A stretch of DNA of 64,000 bases from Felis catus (Eukaryota), in contig NC_058382.1 in the NCBI RefSeq assembly GCF_018350175.1, positions 43,338,001-43,402,000 on the forward strand. Reading direction: 5' to 3'. Below, piece after piece: positions 37,614-49,360 of this stretch; position 1 is the stretch's first letter; each line of letters opens with the position of its first letter. The notes under the pieces are model-generated. The model had not been told where the DNA came from, searched no databases, and saw only the letters and a program-made list of their open reading frames with translations. Position numbers and translations under genes: made by a program.

Positions 37614-37619
37614 TTTATT
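37614..37619 (-). terminator. DPEP3 polyadenylation signal
   Basis: AATAAA on minus ~90 nt after the TAG. Confidence 0.7.
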
Positions 37620-37710
37620 CTCAGCATACACTTGTGCCTGGATGACTAGGAAGGGGACTTTGTGAGACTTTGCCACAGAGACCTCTGGGAGACTGGCCAG
37701 CTCACCAGAA

Positions 37711-40700
37711 CTACAGGATGAGGACTGAGAAGGTGGCAGCAACCAAGAAACTTAGAACAAAGTATGGGGAAGCTTTTGAGGGCCTCCGGAGGACCTGACT
37801 GATTGGCCACTCGGTCACCTCCAGGTGTGTGGCGAGGTGTTCACTCTGAAGCTGAGATAGGAGGTGGGAGTGGCAAGACCTGACCACCTGCCTGTCTGGA
37901 AACTCATCCTCCACAGGGTTCTGTCCATTGTTCTCCTCTCTCACCTGGGGGTGGGAGTCAGCAGTTAGTGGCTCCCATAGCACCTCTCTCACCCACTCTA
38001 ACCACTGCACTATCCTTTTGCCCAACCCAGCATACCTGTTCCACGTGTCTGAAGACCCGCAGCAGGTTTCCACGAAGGACACCCTGGAGCTCTTCCTCAC
38101 TCCAGCCACGACTCAGCAACTCCTCTATCAGTACTGGGTATTTGGACACGTCCTCTAGTCCCTGAGGGAACCTGTGTGGCCATGGGCCACCAGCTGTGGA
38201 ACCTGAGCCCTGATCCTGGTCTAGGGCCCAGTGTCCCACCAGCCCCAATCACACATGTGAAATTGAAGGCCATATTCTCCAGGCTACTGAATGTCACTTT
38301 GGAAGCTCCTTGAAGACAGAGCTTCTGTGGTGTCTACCCCCTGAGCAGATGGCTGGCCTACAACAGATCTGCTGAGCTGGGACTGCAGCAGGTGCTAGGT
38401 AAACGGGCTCTGCTGGGGTGGGGTGTCGGGGAGTACTTAATTAATGTGATGATCTGGAGTGGCAGTGGGTCCACCAGGCCACTGGAGGGACAGGGAGAGC
38501 CCAGGAATCAGCCCTTGGGAGTGGAGAGACGTCAAGTGAGCTGGAAAACCAGAGCCTGTAGATGAGGTCTGAAGGGTGGGAGGACCATGGAATGGAGAGA
38601 CTAAAGGACTCCCTACTGTGCCCTGCTCAAGACAAACCCCAGGGAAATACTCACCGACCAGACCCATCATAATTCCCGCCAATCCCGATGAACTCTGATC
38701 CAATGACAGCTCTGATGTGGTCAAAGTGATCTAGGTGGCAGAGGTTAGTGTGAGCAGCACTACGCTGGAGTCAGGCCCTGGGACCAGCCCTGGTCTGGGG
38801 AAACTCAGTCCTGACCAGTTCTCCTCCCCACAGCACTCCAGGCCATGGCAGCGGACTTCATGGAGCTCCCAGCCCATTGTGAGTTCTGAAGTGACTACAG
38901 GCTGAACTGTGTCTCTTTAGAATTTTTTCTGCCCAGAAGCCACCCTGCCTCTGGGTTCCTTGAGAACGCATCTGTCCTGTCCAGAGAGGTGAGAGCAAAA
39001 GACATTCAGAGGCAGGGGCAGTTGCTTCCCCCAAACCCATCAATATTGACTGTGGCCCCAGATCTGGGTGGCAGCGAAGAGCCGTGTCTCCTCTCCTGGG
39101 TTGTCAGAGGTCTGCCCATTGCCCAACAGGTGTGCTACACTGCTGGAGCTGTCCTGAAGGCCCCATGGCCACAGGCTCAAGCTCAAACTGCACAAGAAGT
39201 TGAAGTGAGGCTCACCTGCCACGGTGGACACATTAGCCAACAGGTTGCACTGTAGCACCCCCATAGACAGCGTCACCATCACAATGCCACCATTCTTCTT
39301 CTAGAAGGATAAAGAAATGAACACTCAGCCCCCTCAGTTTGGCTCTTCAGGCCTGATGGCCTGCTCTGTGCCCTGGGGGCCTAGTAGGACAGTGCTCAGT
39401 CCTGGCTTCAGGGGCTGGAAGAGGTTTCAGCTCTGGGTTAGTGGGCGCCTGAGTGGAGCTGATTTGGCCTCAATTTTCAGAGATGGGGAAGGTTAACCAG
39501 CCATGGGTCCAAGGGTGAGGCCTGGACTGGTAGCTTTGTTCAAGGTCAAGAATGTTTGCATGAAACGCGCCTAGCTCTGGGTGTGAGGGCTGAGGTAGCT
39601 GCTCACCAGAAGTTGCAGAATGTCATCAGGAACATTCAGCAAATTGTCGCACACAGCCCTGGAAGCTGAGTGGGAGAAGATCACGGGAGCCCTCGACACC
39701 TTCAGTGCCTGCCGCACCAAGGTGTCTGACGCATAGGACAAGTCCACCATCATGCCCAAGCGGTTCATTTCCCCTACCACCTTCTGCAAAGACAGTTTGT
39801 TTGTCTTTTGAGGTGGGGGAGATGTCAAGGATGCACACACGTGTACACTATTTGTAGGTAGAGAACGGGTGGGGTAGGGTATGGAACAGGAATCCTCACC
39901 TCACCAAAGCTTGTCAACCCACTGACGTTGGTGTAGAAGTGGTGTTTAAACTTGGTGGAACTTTCTGCCCTGTGGGACAGCCAGAAGAAGGCAATCTCAA
40001 AGGCAACATCCTGGGCATCAGAGCCTGGGGGCTCTGCAGTCCCTCTGTTTGTCTATCCACACCCCCTCCCCCCCCACCCCCCCCCACCCCCCCACCCCTG
40101 GAATAGAGTAAGGACCTGGGCCAACTGCTTTCTGGGAGTGTGAAGGACCTGTTGAGAGTCCAGCCTCCTTTTGTGGATCCCTCTGTCCTCACCTGTCTGG
40201 CAGTTGCCCCACCATGTCATCTACCATTTCACCGTGGCTAGGCACTATGCTCACCAGGCCGTGTTGCAGGTGAAGGTAAGTGTCAGGAAGCGCACTCCCA
40301 GCAGGTAAAAACTGCGCAGCACAGAAAGGCTGCTGTCCAGTGAGTGACCACCCTCCACACCAATGAGGCAGGCCAGCTTTTGAGTGCTGTTCAGACCTGG
40401 AAGAGGATGGATAATCAAGTGGTCAGGGCCCAGGGCCAGAACCATCAGAGTGAGCCCCTAACTATCTCCCCATTTGCCAGCCCACCTTTGGCTGAGGTCA
40501 CAAGCTCCAGTTCAGAGTAGGAGGCACACATGCGACGAATGAGGTCAATCTGCTCCAGTGTGAGGCGCACAGCATCCTGGTCCTGTGTCTGGCATGGGGC
40601 TTGGGCTGACCAGAACTAGAGGTAGGCCCCGGGAGTCCAGAATGAGATTAGAGTGGTCTCCAATGTCCTTGGCCTGCCACTCCTTCTCAGCCCCCAAGGT

Positions 40701-41851
40701 GCTCATTTGGGTCATTGGCCCAGAACGAAACACTACATGACCCTATGGTATCCTGATGCCTATTAAGCTTGCTGCCAGCAGCCAAACTGTGGACTGTGAA
40801 ATATCATTGTCTGCTGTTTGTCCATGTGCTATGTGAATGCCCCAAGGCCAATCCACTATATCCTTTGTGGCTCTAACTCTAACCCCACACTCACCAGGGA
40901 TTTTCTGGTCACTTTCTGTGTGTCTCCACAGAACTTGGGTACCCATGTGGTTGGCCTGTCTTGGCCTCCAGAGCCCCCACATTCCCAGCAGTCATGCGAT
41001 GACACATTGTGTGTTCTACGATTCTAATCACTGAGAGGCCTGCCTACCCAGGTTTCTGTGGCCCCCAACATTCCCCAGCAGCCATGCTGTGGCACCCTGT
41101 GTATCCCTGTGGTACCTGGGCACCCACGAGGCCATCCCTGAGCTTGTCCAAGCTGGTCTGGCCATAACTGAAATTGCGCAGGTTAACATCTTGTAGCCTG
41201 TTCTGGAAAAGCTGTCTCAGGAGCAGGGGCAAGTGGTTGTGGCTGGGGGCATCAAGACAAAGTTAGAGTGGAGAACATGGACTCAGGTCAGACAGGGCAT
41301 GTCAAAGTACCTGGGCATGTCCTGTCCCCCTCACCCTCCCCTCCCCCCCCCCCACCTCACACAGACAATATGGAAAAATTCCTGAGGTGCAGCTTTGGGG
41401 AGGGGTGGGGGCCTGTAGTGGACACCAGGAACAGGGTAATGGGGGGAGGGGACCTGGCTGATGGAGGACAGAGTTCATCCAGAGGTGGTGTGAGGAAGCC
41501 TCCTCACTAGCCCTGCATGCTGAGGACCCCCTTCCCCTACCCAGGTGTGGGCTCAGTTTCCACCTGCCCCCACACTGCCCCTGCTCACCCGTCCACGAGA
41601 GGGAAGTCCCGCATCAGGGCCCGCGCGTGCTTCCTCAGACTTGGTGTGCTGGAGGTGAGCGGCGTGGTAGGGGAACTAGAGAAGGCCGTGGTCGGATTGC
41701 TGGGGGCTCCGGGTGTGGTCGGGTCGCTGGGGGTGCCAGGAGTGGTCTGGGCACGGGTTACCGCCCTCTGCAGCAGAGACAGCAGGAGCAGCAGACGCAG
41801 CAGAGGTCGCCAGCGAAGCGCGTGGGGGCCCAAGAGGCCCAGGGGCCTCAT
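37711..41851 (-). CDS. DPEP3: Dipeptidase 3 (GPI-anchored, peptidase family M19, degenerate active site), 10 coding exons, 479 aa
   Basis: Exons 41589-41851, 41116-41242, 40486-40615, 40255-40396, 39900-39969, 39607-39783, 39216-39300, 38655-38730, 38036-38171 and 37711-37944 total 1440 nt. DPEP3-diagnostic LTLTF, DLSY, DNLLNVP and GGNYDG are present. Position between SLC12A4 and DPEP2 matches the known order. Confidence 0.95.
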
Positions 41852-42200
41852 GTTGCGCAGGGTCGGCCGGGCAGGCAGTGGCCGGTCTCGAGAGGAGGGG
41901 CTCGAGGGGCAGAGGGCGACGGTGGGGTCTCGACCGGATTTACGTGACCCGTCGTGAGGAGGGGCTGCAGGCAGACTGCTTCTCCAGAAGAGCAGGGATC
42001 CGCGACGCAGCTGCGCAGCGTGGCCAGAGGGGGCGACACAGACCTCCACTCTCAACTAGAGGGCGCCCCAGGGGGCCAGACCAGCTTCTGCCGCGCAAGA
42101 GCACTCGAGTGGGAGAGCGGCAACGAGAGAGGGAGAGAGATCCCAAGCAGGCTCCGTGCTCAGGGCAGGGCCTAACCCGGTCTGGATCCCATGACATCCT
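41580..42200. promoter_or_regulatory. CpG island / promoter of DPEP3
   Basis: CpG-rich region over exon 1 and upstream. Confidence 0.7.
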
Positions 42201-42254
42201 GACCTGAGCAGAAATTGAGCGTGACGCTCAACCGACTGAGCCACCCAGGTGCCC
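42100..42254 (-). mobile_element. Eroded Can-SINE abutting the DPEP3 promoter
   Basis: gagagagatcccaagcaggctcc...accgactgagccacccaggtgccc; no A tail is recognisable. Confidence 0.75.
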
Positions 42255-42297
42255 TATACATTTTTTAATAAAAATGAAATTTAAGAATAATATGGGA

Positions 42298-42845
42298 GGG
42301 GCGCCTGGGTGGCTCAGTCGGTTGAGCGTCCGACTTCGGCTCAGGTCATGATCTCACGGTTCGTGAGTTCGAGCCCCGCGTCTGGCTCTGTGTTGACAGC
42401 TTGGAGCCTGGAGCCTGCTTGGTATTCTGTGTCTCCCTCTCTCTCTCTGCCCCTGCCCCGCTCGTGCTCTGTCTCTCCCTGTCTCTCAAAAATAAATAAA
42501 CATTTTTAAAAATATTTAAAAAATTAAAAAAGAATAATATTATGGGAAACCATTTTGTTTTAGTAACTAGTATTGAAATTTGCATCTGTACATTTGTTAA
42601 TATATGGGCACACACAAAAAAGACTAGATTCTAGGGGCTCCTGGGTGGCTTAGTTAGTTAAACGCATGACTTCAGCTCAGGTCATTATCTCACGGTTTGT
42701 GGGTTCGAACCCTGTGTCGGGCTCTGTGCTGACAGTGCAGAGCCTGGAGCCTGCTTCGGATTCTGTGTCTCCCTCTCTCTCTGTCCCTCCCCTACTCTCT
42801 CTGTGTCTCAAAAATAAACATTAAAAAAATTAAAAAAAAAAAAAG
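42298..42845 (+). mobile_element. Two Can-SINEs (42298-42530, young; 42634-42845)
   Basis: Near-consensus heads; TSD-like repeats aagaataatat and aaaaagact(c)agattcta. Confidence 0.9.
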
Positions 42846-43840
42846 ACTCCAGATTCTAAACATTAATTAACTATAGCCATCTTGGAAAGAGGGTAAATTA
42901 CTCCCTGGTCAATTTATGTCACATGTTTTTCTGTAATATGGTCATCCTGGCTGAGGGATTTTGTGGGTAGTGCTGGTGAGGGCTGGCCCGTTTGCTAAGA
43001 GATTAGTGGAGGCACCAGAGCAGCTGAGCCTGGAAAGGATGGGGTCTGCATTGGGCAGGGAGGTGGAGAGGGCATCCCAAGTTGGCCAATAGCTCAAGCA
43101 AAGGTCTAGTTCCGACAGGATGGCTGTCTGTAAGGGAGGAGCTGGAAGGTCCTCAAAGGTGTAGAACAGTGGGACAAAAATTCTTACTGCTAAGAACATG
43201 AGGGGGCTTGGTCTGACATGACTTCATGTGGGGCAGAAATCCTCCTTCAAGGTAAGGTGGTTTCCAGGATGGCTGCAGGCCTGAGCGGTATAATTCATTG
43301 TTTTCTGCAGAAAAAAGCCCTGACACAGGGGAAACTGATCTCAGAACTGCACCTGGGTGGCGTCTGGGCCTCCTGGGCCTGCAAGAGGTCCTACCAGGCT
43401 GAAAGGGGTCTATAACACAGACTAAAATATGAATTCCCCCCTTCTGTATCTGTGTCTGTCAGCCGTTCTCCCACCTGGGCTCCCTGATAGGTGGGCCTCC
43501 CCTTTTGGGTGCCAGAAGAAGGGCCTTGACCTCTGGCCACTACTGCCTCCTGCCCATCACTGCTCCCTTCTCATGCCTGGTGGTTAAGGACTAAGTCTGA
43601 CCCTGCTGCCTTCAGCTTTGGCTATCTCAGAAGAGAGGGAGAAAGAGAGGGAATGTTTATTCTGGTCTCATATACCAAGCTGACTTGCCAGGGGAGGTCT
43701 TCATTTAAGTGATATAAACAATATAGTGAATGATGAATTTGTTAATTCAAAACTTTATCAAAAGTTCAGAAGTATTGCACATACAGCTGTTTCCTGTAAT
43801 AGTCTTAGGTGAAAGTAGGGAGCATAATGTTTATAATTGA

Positions 43841-44061
43841 TTTTTAAAGTTTATTTATTATTTATTTATTTATTTTAAATGTTTATTTATCTTTGGGTGG
43901 GGGGAGAGAGGCAGAGAGAGAGGGAGACACAGAATCCGAAACAGGCTCCAGGCTCTGAGCTGTCAGCGCAGAGCCCAATGTGGGACTCTAGCCCATGAAC
44001 TGAGAAATCATGACCTGAGCTGAAGTTGGATGCTCAATCAACTAAGCCACCCAACTGCCCC
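43841..44061 (-). mobile_element. Can-SINE
   Basis: T-rich tail on the left, reverse head on the right. Confidence 0.85.
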
Positions 44062-44541
44062 TATGATGGATTTTTAATGTTATTGAATTAATAAATAAAC
44101 ACCATTTCACATGTCTGATTTTGGTTGACTAAGTAAATCAGAGTTATACTCTTCCTGATAACTGGAAATGTTGGGCAAAATATAAAAAGGATCTTCTGAA
44201 GACATCAGAAAGTTAAACAAGATATTAAAAAATTACTTGATGAGGATCCAAGGAAAGTGGAAACCTAGAGATGAGCCCAACTTTTGGGCTAGTTCTTCTA
44301 CTAGGGGTGTGGTGCTCTAAAGAGGCAGAGGTTAGTGTCCAGGGTCCACCAGAATAAGGAGAATCCTGATGAACACTTAGTTTTGAGTTGGAACACAAAA
44401 AAATGTACCTAGGAGAAAGAATGAATTGGAATTAGGGCCTTCTACTCCAGGTCTGCAGCAATTCTGGTTATTAAGCAATTGTCTCTCAACTCCAGATGCA
44501 GTCTTCTGTTCTCAGCTCTGTGAGGCTGGGGCTCAAACTCT

Positions 44542-45192
44542 TCCTATTTTTTAAACATATTTTTAAAGTTTACTTATTTATTTTTTGAGAGAAAGAGAGA
44601 GAGAGAGGGAGAGAGAGAGAATGAGCGGTGGAGGGGCAGTGAGAAAGGGGACAGAGGATCCAAAGGAGGCTCTGTGCTGACAGCAGAGAACCCAATGTGG
44701 GGCTCAAACTCTTGAACCATGAGATCATGATGTGAGCTGAAGTCAGACAACCAACTGAGCCACCCAGGTGTCCCTTAATAATATTTTTAAAGTTTATTTA
44801 TTTATTTTGAGAGAAAGAGAAAGCACGCACAAGCGGGAGACGGACAGAGAGGATCCCAAGCAGACTCTGTGCTGTTAGTGTAGAGCCCTATGTGGGGCTC
44901 AAACTCACCAACCGTGAGGTCATGACCTGAGCCGAAATCAAGAGTCAGATGCTTAACTGACTGAGACACTCAGACACCCCTATTTTCTTTAATGCTTATT
45001 TATTTTTGAGAGGGAGAGAGAGAGAGATTGGGGAAGAGAGGGGCAGAGAGAAAGACAGAATCCCAAGCAGGCTCCTCACTGTCAGTGTAGAGCCCAACTC
45101 CGGGCTCAAACCCATGAGAACCAACTGTGAGATCATGACCTAAGCTGAAATCAAGAGTCCAACACTTAACCGACTGAGCCACCCAGGTGCCC
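44542..45192 (-). mobile_element. Three nested/tandem Can-SINEs inside one 16-bp TSD
   Basis: Reverse heads end at ~44774, ~44980 and ~45192; outer TSD ctgg(g/t)gctcaaactct at 44526-44541 and 45193-45208. Confidence 0.85.
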
Positions 45193-45684
45193 CTGGTGCT
45201 CAAACTCTCAAAACCACATTTCCTAGAAGCCTAGCTGGTTTCCTGTTACATTCTGTCAATAGGGGCGACAGAGCAAACTGAAAGAGGTTTTCCTGTTCCA
45301 ACAGTGACAGTTGGCTGCAGTCTGCAACTTCTGGCTGTCATCGAGTAGCCATGCCAACTCATGTTTAGAACACTTGCACCACCTCACAGGGCCCTGTCCT
45401 TAGAGGTCTGCTCCCTAGCAACACAGGGCCCTGCTGTAAGCCTCTATCTTCTACCACCTTTTCCCATTTTTTCCTAAATGGACAGTGAGCTGGATCAGCT
45501 CCCCTTGAAAGGGTCTGTAAAGGGACTAAGGCCATCTCAGAGTGCTACTTAATCCACCCAAAAGAAGTCAAGAAAAGAGGGAATAGGTAAAATGAATAGA
45601 AAACACTATTAGAACTTTCTGAGTACACTGCAGAGTACAGCCAATTTGGAGGCTGAGGCAAAAGGAAAAATGTGTTCCTATATA

Positions 45685-45890
45685 CGTTTTTTAAAAATGT
45701 TTATTTATTTATTTTTGAGAGAGAGAAAGCATAAACAGGGGAGGTGCAGAGAGGGGTGGGGGGGAGACAGAGTCCGAAGCAGACTCTAAACTGTCAGCGC
45801 AGCGCCTGACTCGGGGCTCAAACTCACAAACCATGAGATTATGACCTCAGGTGAAGTCAGATGCTTAATTGACTGAGCCACCCAGGTGCC
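45685..45890 (-). mobile_element. Can-SINE
   Basis: ...gactgagccacccaggtgcc reverse head with a T tail. Confidence 0.85.
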
Positions 45891-46078
45891 TCATGATTTG
45901 TATATCTTCAATTTCTCACTGTGCTTTTATTGGTCTGAAAATGTATTACTTTCCCTTCATGTTTGAAGAATATTTTCACTGTGCATAGAATGGAACATTG
46001 GTAGTTACTTTCATTCATCAGGCTAAAGATATTCCACTGTGTATGGATTTCTATTATTTCCATTAAAACTCATTTGTC

Positions 46079-47473
46079 TGGCACAAAAACAGACACATAG
46101 ACCAATGGAATAGAATAGAAACCCCAGAACTAGACCCACAAACGTATGGCCAACTCATCTTTGACAAAGCAGGAAAGAACATCCAATGGAAAAAAGACAG
46201 CCTCTTTAACAAATGGTGCTGGGAGAACTGGACAGCAACATGCAGAAGGTTGAAACTAGACCACTTTCTCACACCATTCACAAAAATAAACTCAAAATGG
46301 ATAAAGGACCTGAATGTGAGACAGGAAACCATCAAAACCTTAGAGGAGAAAGCAGGAAAAGACCTCTCTGACCTCAGCCGTAGCAATCTCTTACTCGACA
46401 CATCCCCAAAGGCAAGGGAATTAAAAGCAAAAGTGAATTACTGGGATCTTATGAAGATAAAAAGCTTCTGCACAGCAAAGGAAACAACCAACAAAACTAA
46501 AAGGCAACCAACGGAATGGGAAAAGATATTTGCAAATGACATATCGGACAAAGGGCTAGTATCCAAAATCTATAAAGAGTTCACCAAACTCCACACCTGA
46601 AAAACAAATAACCCAGTGAAGANNNNNNNNNNNNNNNNNNNNNNNNNNNNNNNNNNNNNNNNNNNNNNNNNNNNNNNNNNNNNNNNNNNNNNNNNNNNNN
46701 NNNNNNNNNNNNNNNNNNNNNNNNNNNNNNNNNNNNNNNNNNNNNNNNNNNNNNCGCCAGTCAGAGTGGCCAAAATGAACAAATCAGGAGACTATAGATG
46801 CTGGAGAGGATGTGGAGAAACGGGAACCCTCTTGCACTGTTGGTGGGAATGCAAATTGGTGCAGCCGCTCTGGGAAGCAGTGTGGAGGTTCCTCAGAAAA
46901 TTAAAAATAGACCTACCCTATGACCCAGCAATAGCACTGCTAGGAATTTATCCAAGGGATACAGGAGTACTGATGCATAGGGGCACTTGGACCCCAATGT
47001 TTATAGCAGCACTCTCAACAATAGCCAAATTATGGAAAGAGCCTAAATGTCCATCAACTGATGAATGGATACAGAAATTGTGGTTTATATACACAATGGA
47101 ATACTACGTGGCAATGAGAAAAAATGAAATATGGCCTTTTGTAGCAACGTGGATGGAACTGGAGAGTGTGATGCTAAGTGAAATAAGCCATACAGAGAAA
47201 GACAGATACCATATGGTTTCACTCTTATGTGGATCCTGAGAAACTTAACAGAAACCCATGGGGGAGGGGAAGGAAAAAAAAAAAAAAGAGGTTAGAGTGG
47301 GAGAGAGCCAAAGCATAAAAGACTGTTAAAAACTGAGAACAAACTGAGGGTTGATGGGGGGTGGGAGGGAGGGGAGGGTGGGTGATGGGTATTGAGGAGG
47401 GCACCTTTTGGGATGAGCACTGGGTGTTGTTTGGAAACCAATTTGACAATAAATTTCATATTAAAAAAACCCC
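46079..47473 (+). mobile_element. 5'-truncated young LINE-1 (carnivore/felid type): ORF2 C-terminus, 3' UTR and A tail
   Basis: Translates ...[28 protein letters not shown]...[25 protein letters not shown]...[14 protein letters not shown]... (ORF2 Cys-rich domain). G-rich 3' UTR with caataaa; TSD actcatttgtc at 46068-46078 and 47474-47484. Confidence 0.95.
46623..46754. other. Assembly gap (132 N) inside the L1
   Basis: N run. Confidence 1.
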
Positions 47474-48359
47474 ACTCATTTGTCAGTTTTATTGCTGTTC
47501 CTCAAATTAATATGATTTTTTAAAAATATGACTGTTTTTAAGACAATCTCCTGTCTTTTTCTTCTTGCAGTCTAACTTTAAAGTACACAGTTGGGGGTTA
47601 TTATGAGCAGCACTGCTTTAAATGTTATTTCGTATGCCTTTTGGAAAACCTATGTATGCATTCCTGTTGCGATATATACCTGGGGCAAAACTGCTCAGTC
47701 ATGGGGTATGCATAGGCTAGTAGTATTAACTATTATTTTTATTAGCCATTATCTATTATCATGTTATTTATTATTATTAGCTGTTGTCCTTAGTATTAAC
47801 TCTTAATTTTGGCTATAATTAACAGAGTTGCTATTGCCATTAATTGCCTGGGGGTAAGATAGTGTGGTTGTCTAAGTAGCTTGTGCCTCTCAGAAAGGAA
47901 GTCCCTGAGGGGCAGGGCAAGGAGTGGATCTATATCCAGGGAAGTTCAGTCATTGGAAGCCCATGTACTATCCTGTAGCCTGGCATTCTGGGCTCTATCC
48001 AAACAGGAACAAAGATCATTTGTGATCCAGGCAGGTTCCTTTCTTGGGAATATGAACCAGAGTTCCCTTCAAGATCCCCAGGTGGTGGTCAGTGGGTCAG
48101 GATGTGGACTGAGGTGAGCTATTGAGAGGCATCCCAGAGGAAGGTCCACTCTCCCACAGCCAAAGCTACTCATTGTCTTCTTCTAGTGCTGAGCCCAACC
48201 ATCTGGGCCTTCTCAGGCCATGCTAGTGAGACTCAGGTGTTGCTAGAGTAAATGGTGGCTGAACTGCAGGTTCCTCCACCAACTACCAGAATTGGGAGCT
48301 GGCACCACCAGACCCCGCCACAGAGAAGGACACTCATGCCTGTTTCCATGTGTAAAACA

Positions 48360-48365
48360 TTTATT
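48360..48365 (-). terminator. DPEP2 polyadenylation signal
   Basis: AATAAA on minus ~100 nt after the TGA. Confidence 0.7.
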
Positions 48366-48466
48366 TTCAGGAAATGTGTCTGTCTGCATGATGGGGGGGG
48401 GGGGGCAGGGAGGGCAATGTGGGGTATCTGCAACTGCCATAGTAACATCTGGTAGGATTAACTGGG

Positions 48467-49311
48467 TCACCAGAGCCACAGAATGAGGGCTGAAAAGGCA
48501 GCAATAACTGTGAGGCTTGGGGCCACGTTGGGGGAAGATTTTGACAATAACTGTTTAGGTGAACACTTAGGTGCCCAATGTGCCGAAGTCTCAGTTAGTT
48601 TCTGGTCTCGAGCCAGATACCGTGTCTGAGGCAGACATGAGAGAACAGAGCGGCAAGAACTGCCCAGCTGCACATCCGGGAATTCATCCTCCAAGGGGCT
48701 TTGCCCCTTGCTTGTCTCCCGTACCTGGAGGTGGCAGTCAGTGGTCAGCAGCTCACACAGCAGCCCCAACACACTTGCTTAGGCCCCTGACCTACTCCTT
48801 TGTCCAGCCCAGCATACCTGTTCCACCTGTCCAAAGACCCGCAGCAGGTTTCCACGAAGGACACCCTGGAGCTCTTCCTCACTCCAGCCACGACTCAGCA
48901 ACTCTTCTATCAGAACTGGGTATGTGGACACGTCCTCCAGCCCCTGAGGGAACCTATATGGTTGTGAGCGAGTCAGCTGTGGAACCTCAGCCCTGTTCCT
49001 TGTTCATGACTCAAAACCACAGCCTTATGTGTCCAGGGACTACTGAATCCCAGCCCTTGTCTGACACGGGAAATGGATACTTGGAGAGAGTAAGTGATTC
49101 ACCCCTGTTCTTCATCCTGCAGAAGGAAACTCCCAACCTCTTTGAATATTCATAAAAACTCATCGAATTATACTTTTTGGATCTATGCCTTTCACGGAAT
49201 GCAAGGTTTTCCTCCATTTATAAAAAGAAGAAAAGCTTTTATTTATTTATTTTTCAGTTTATTTATATATTTTGAGAGAAAGAGAGAGAGCATGGACAGA
49301 GAGAGAGGGAC

Positions 49312-49360
<49 letters not shown>

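Noticed and set aside
41852-42055. In-frame N-terminal extensions of DPEP3 (and DPEP2, 53066-53167)
   Set aside because: The ORF-track starts are TTG and GTG, with no upstream ATG. The downstream ATGs directly precede signal peptides.
42309-42509. Recurrent ORFs starting MAQSV(E/K)R...SAQVMIS
   Set aside because: Translations of Can-SINE heads; they are repeats, not a protein family or tRNA genes.
46250-47239. ORFs of 116 and 207 aa
   Set aside because: These are the L1 ORF2 C-terminus split by a stop and an N gap, not a host gene.
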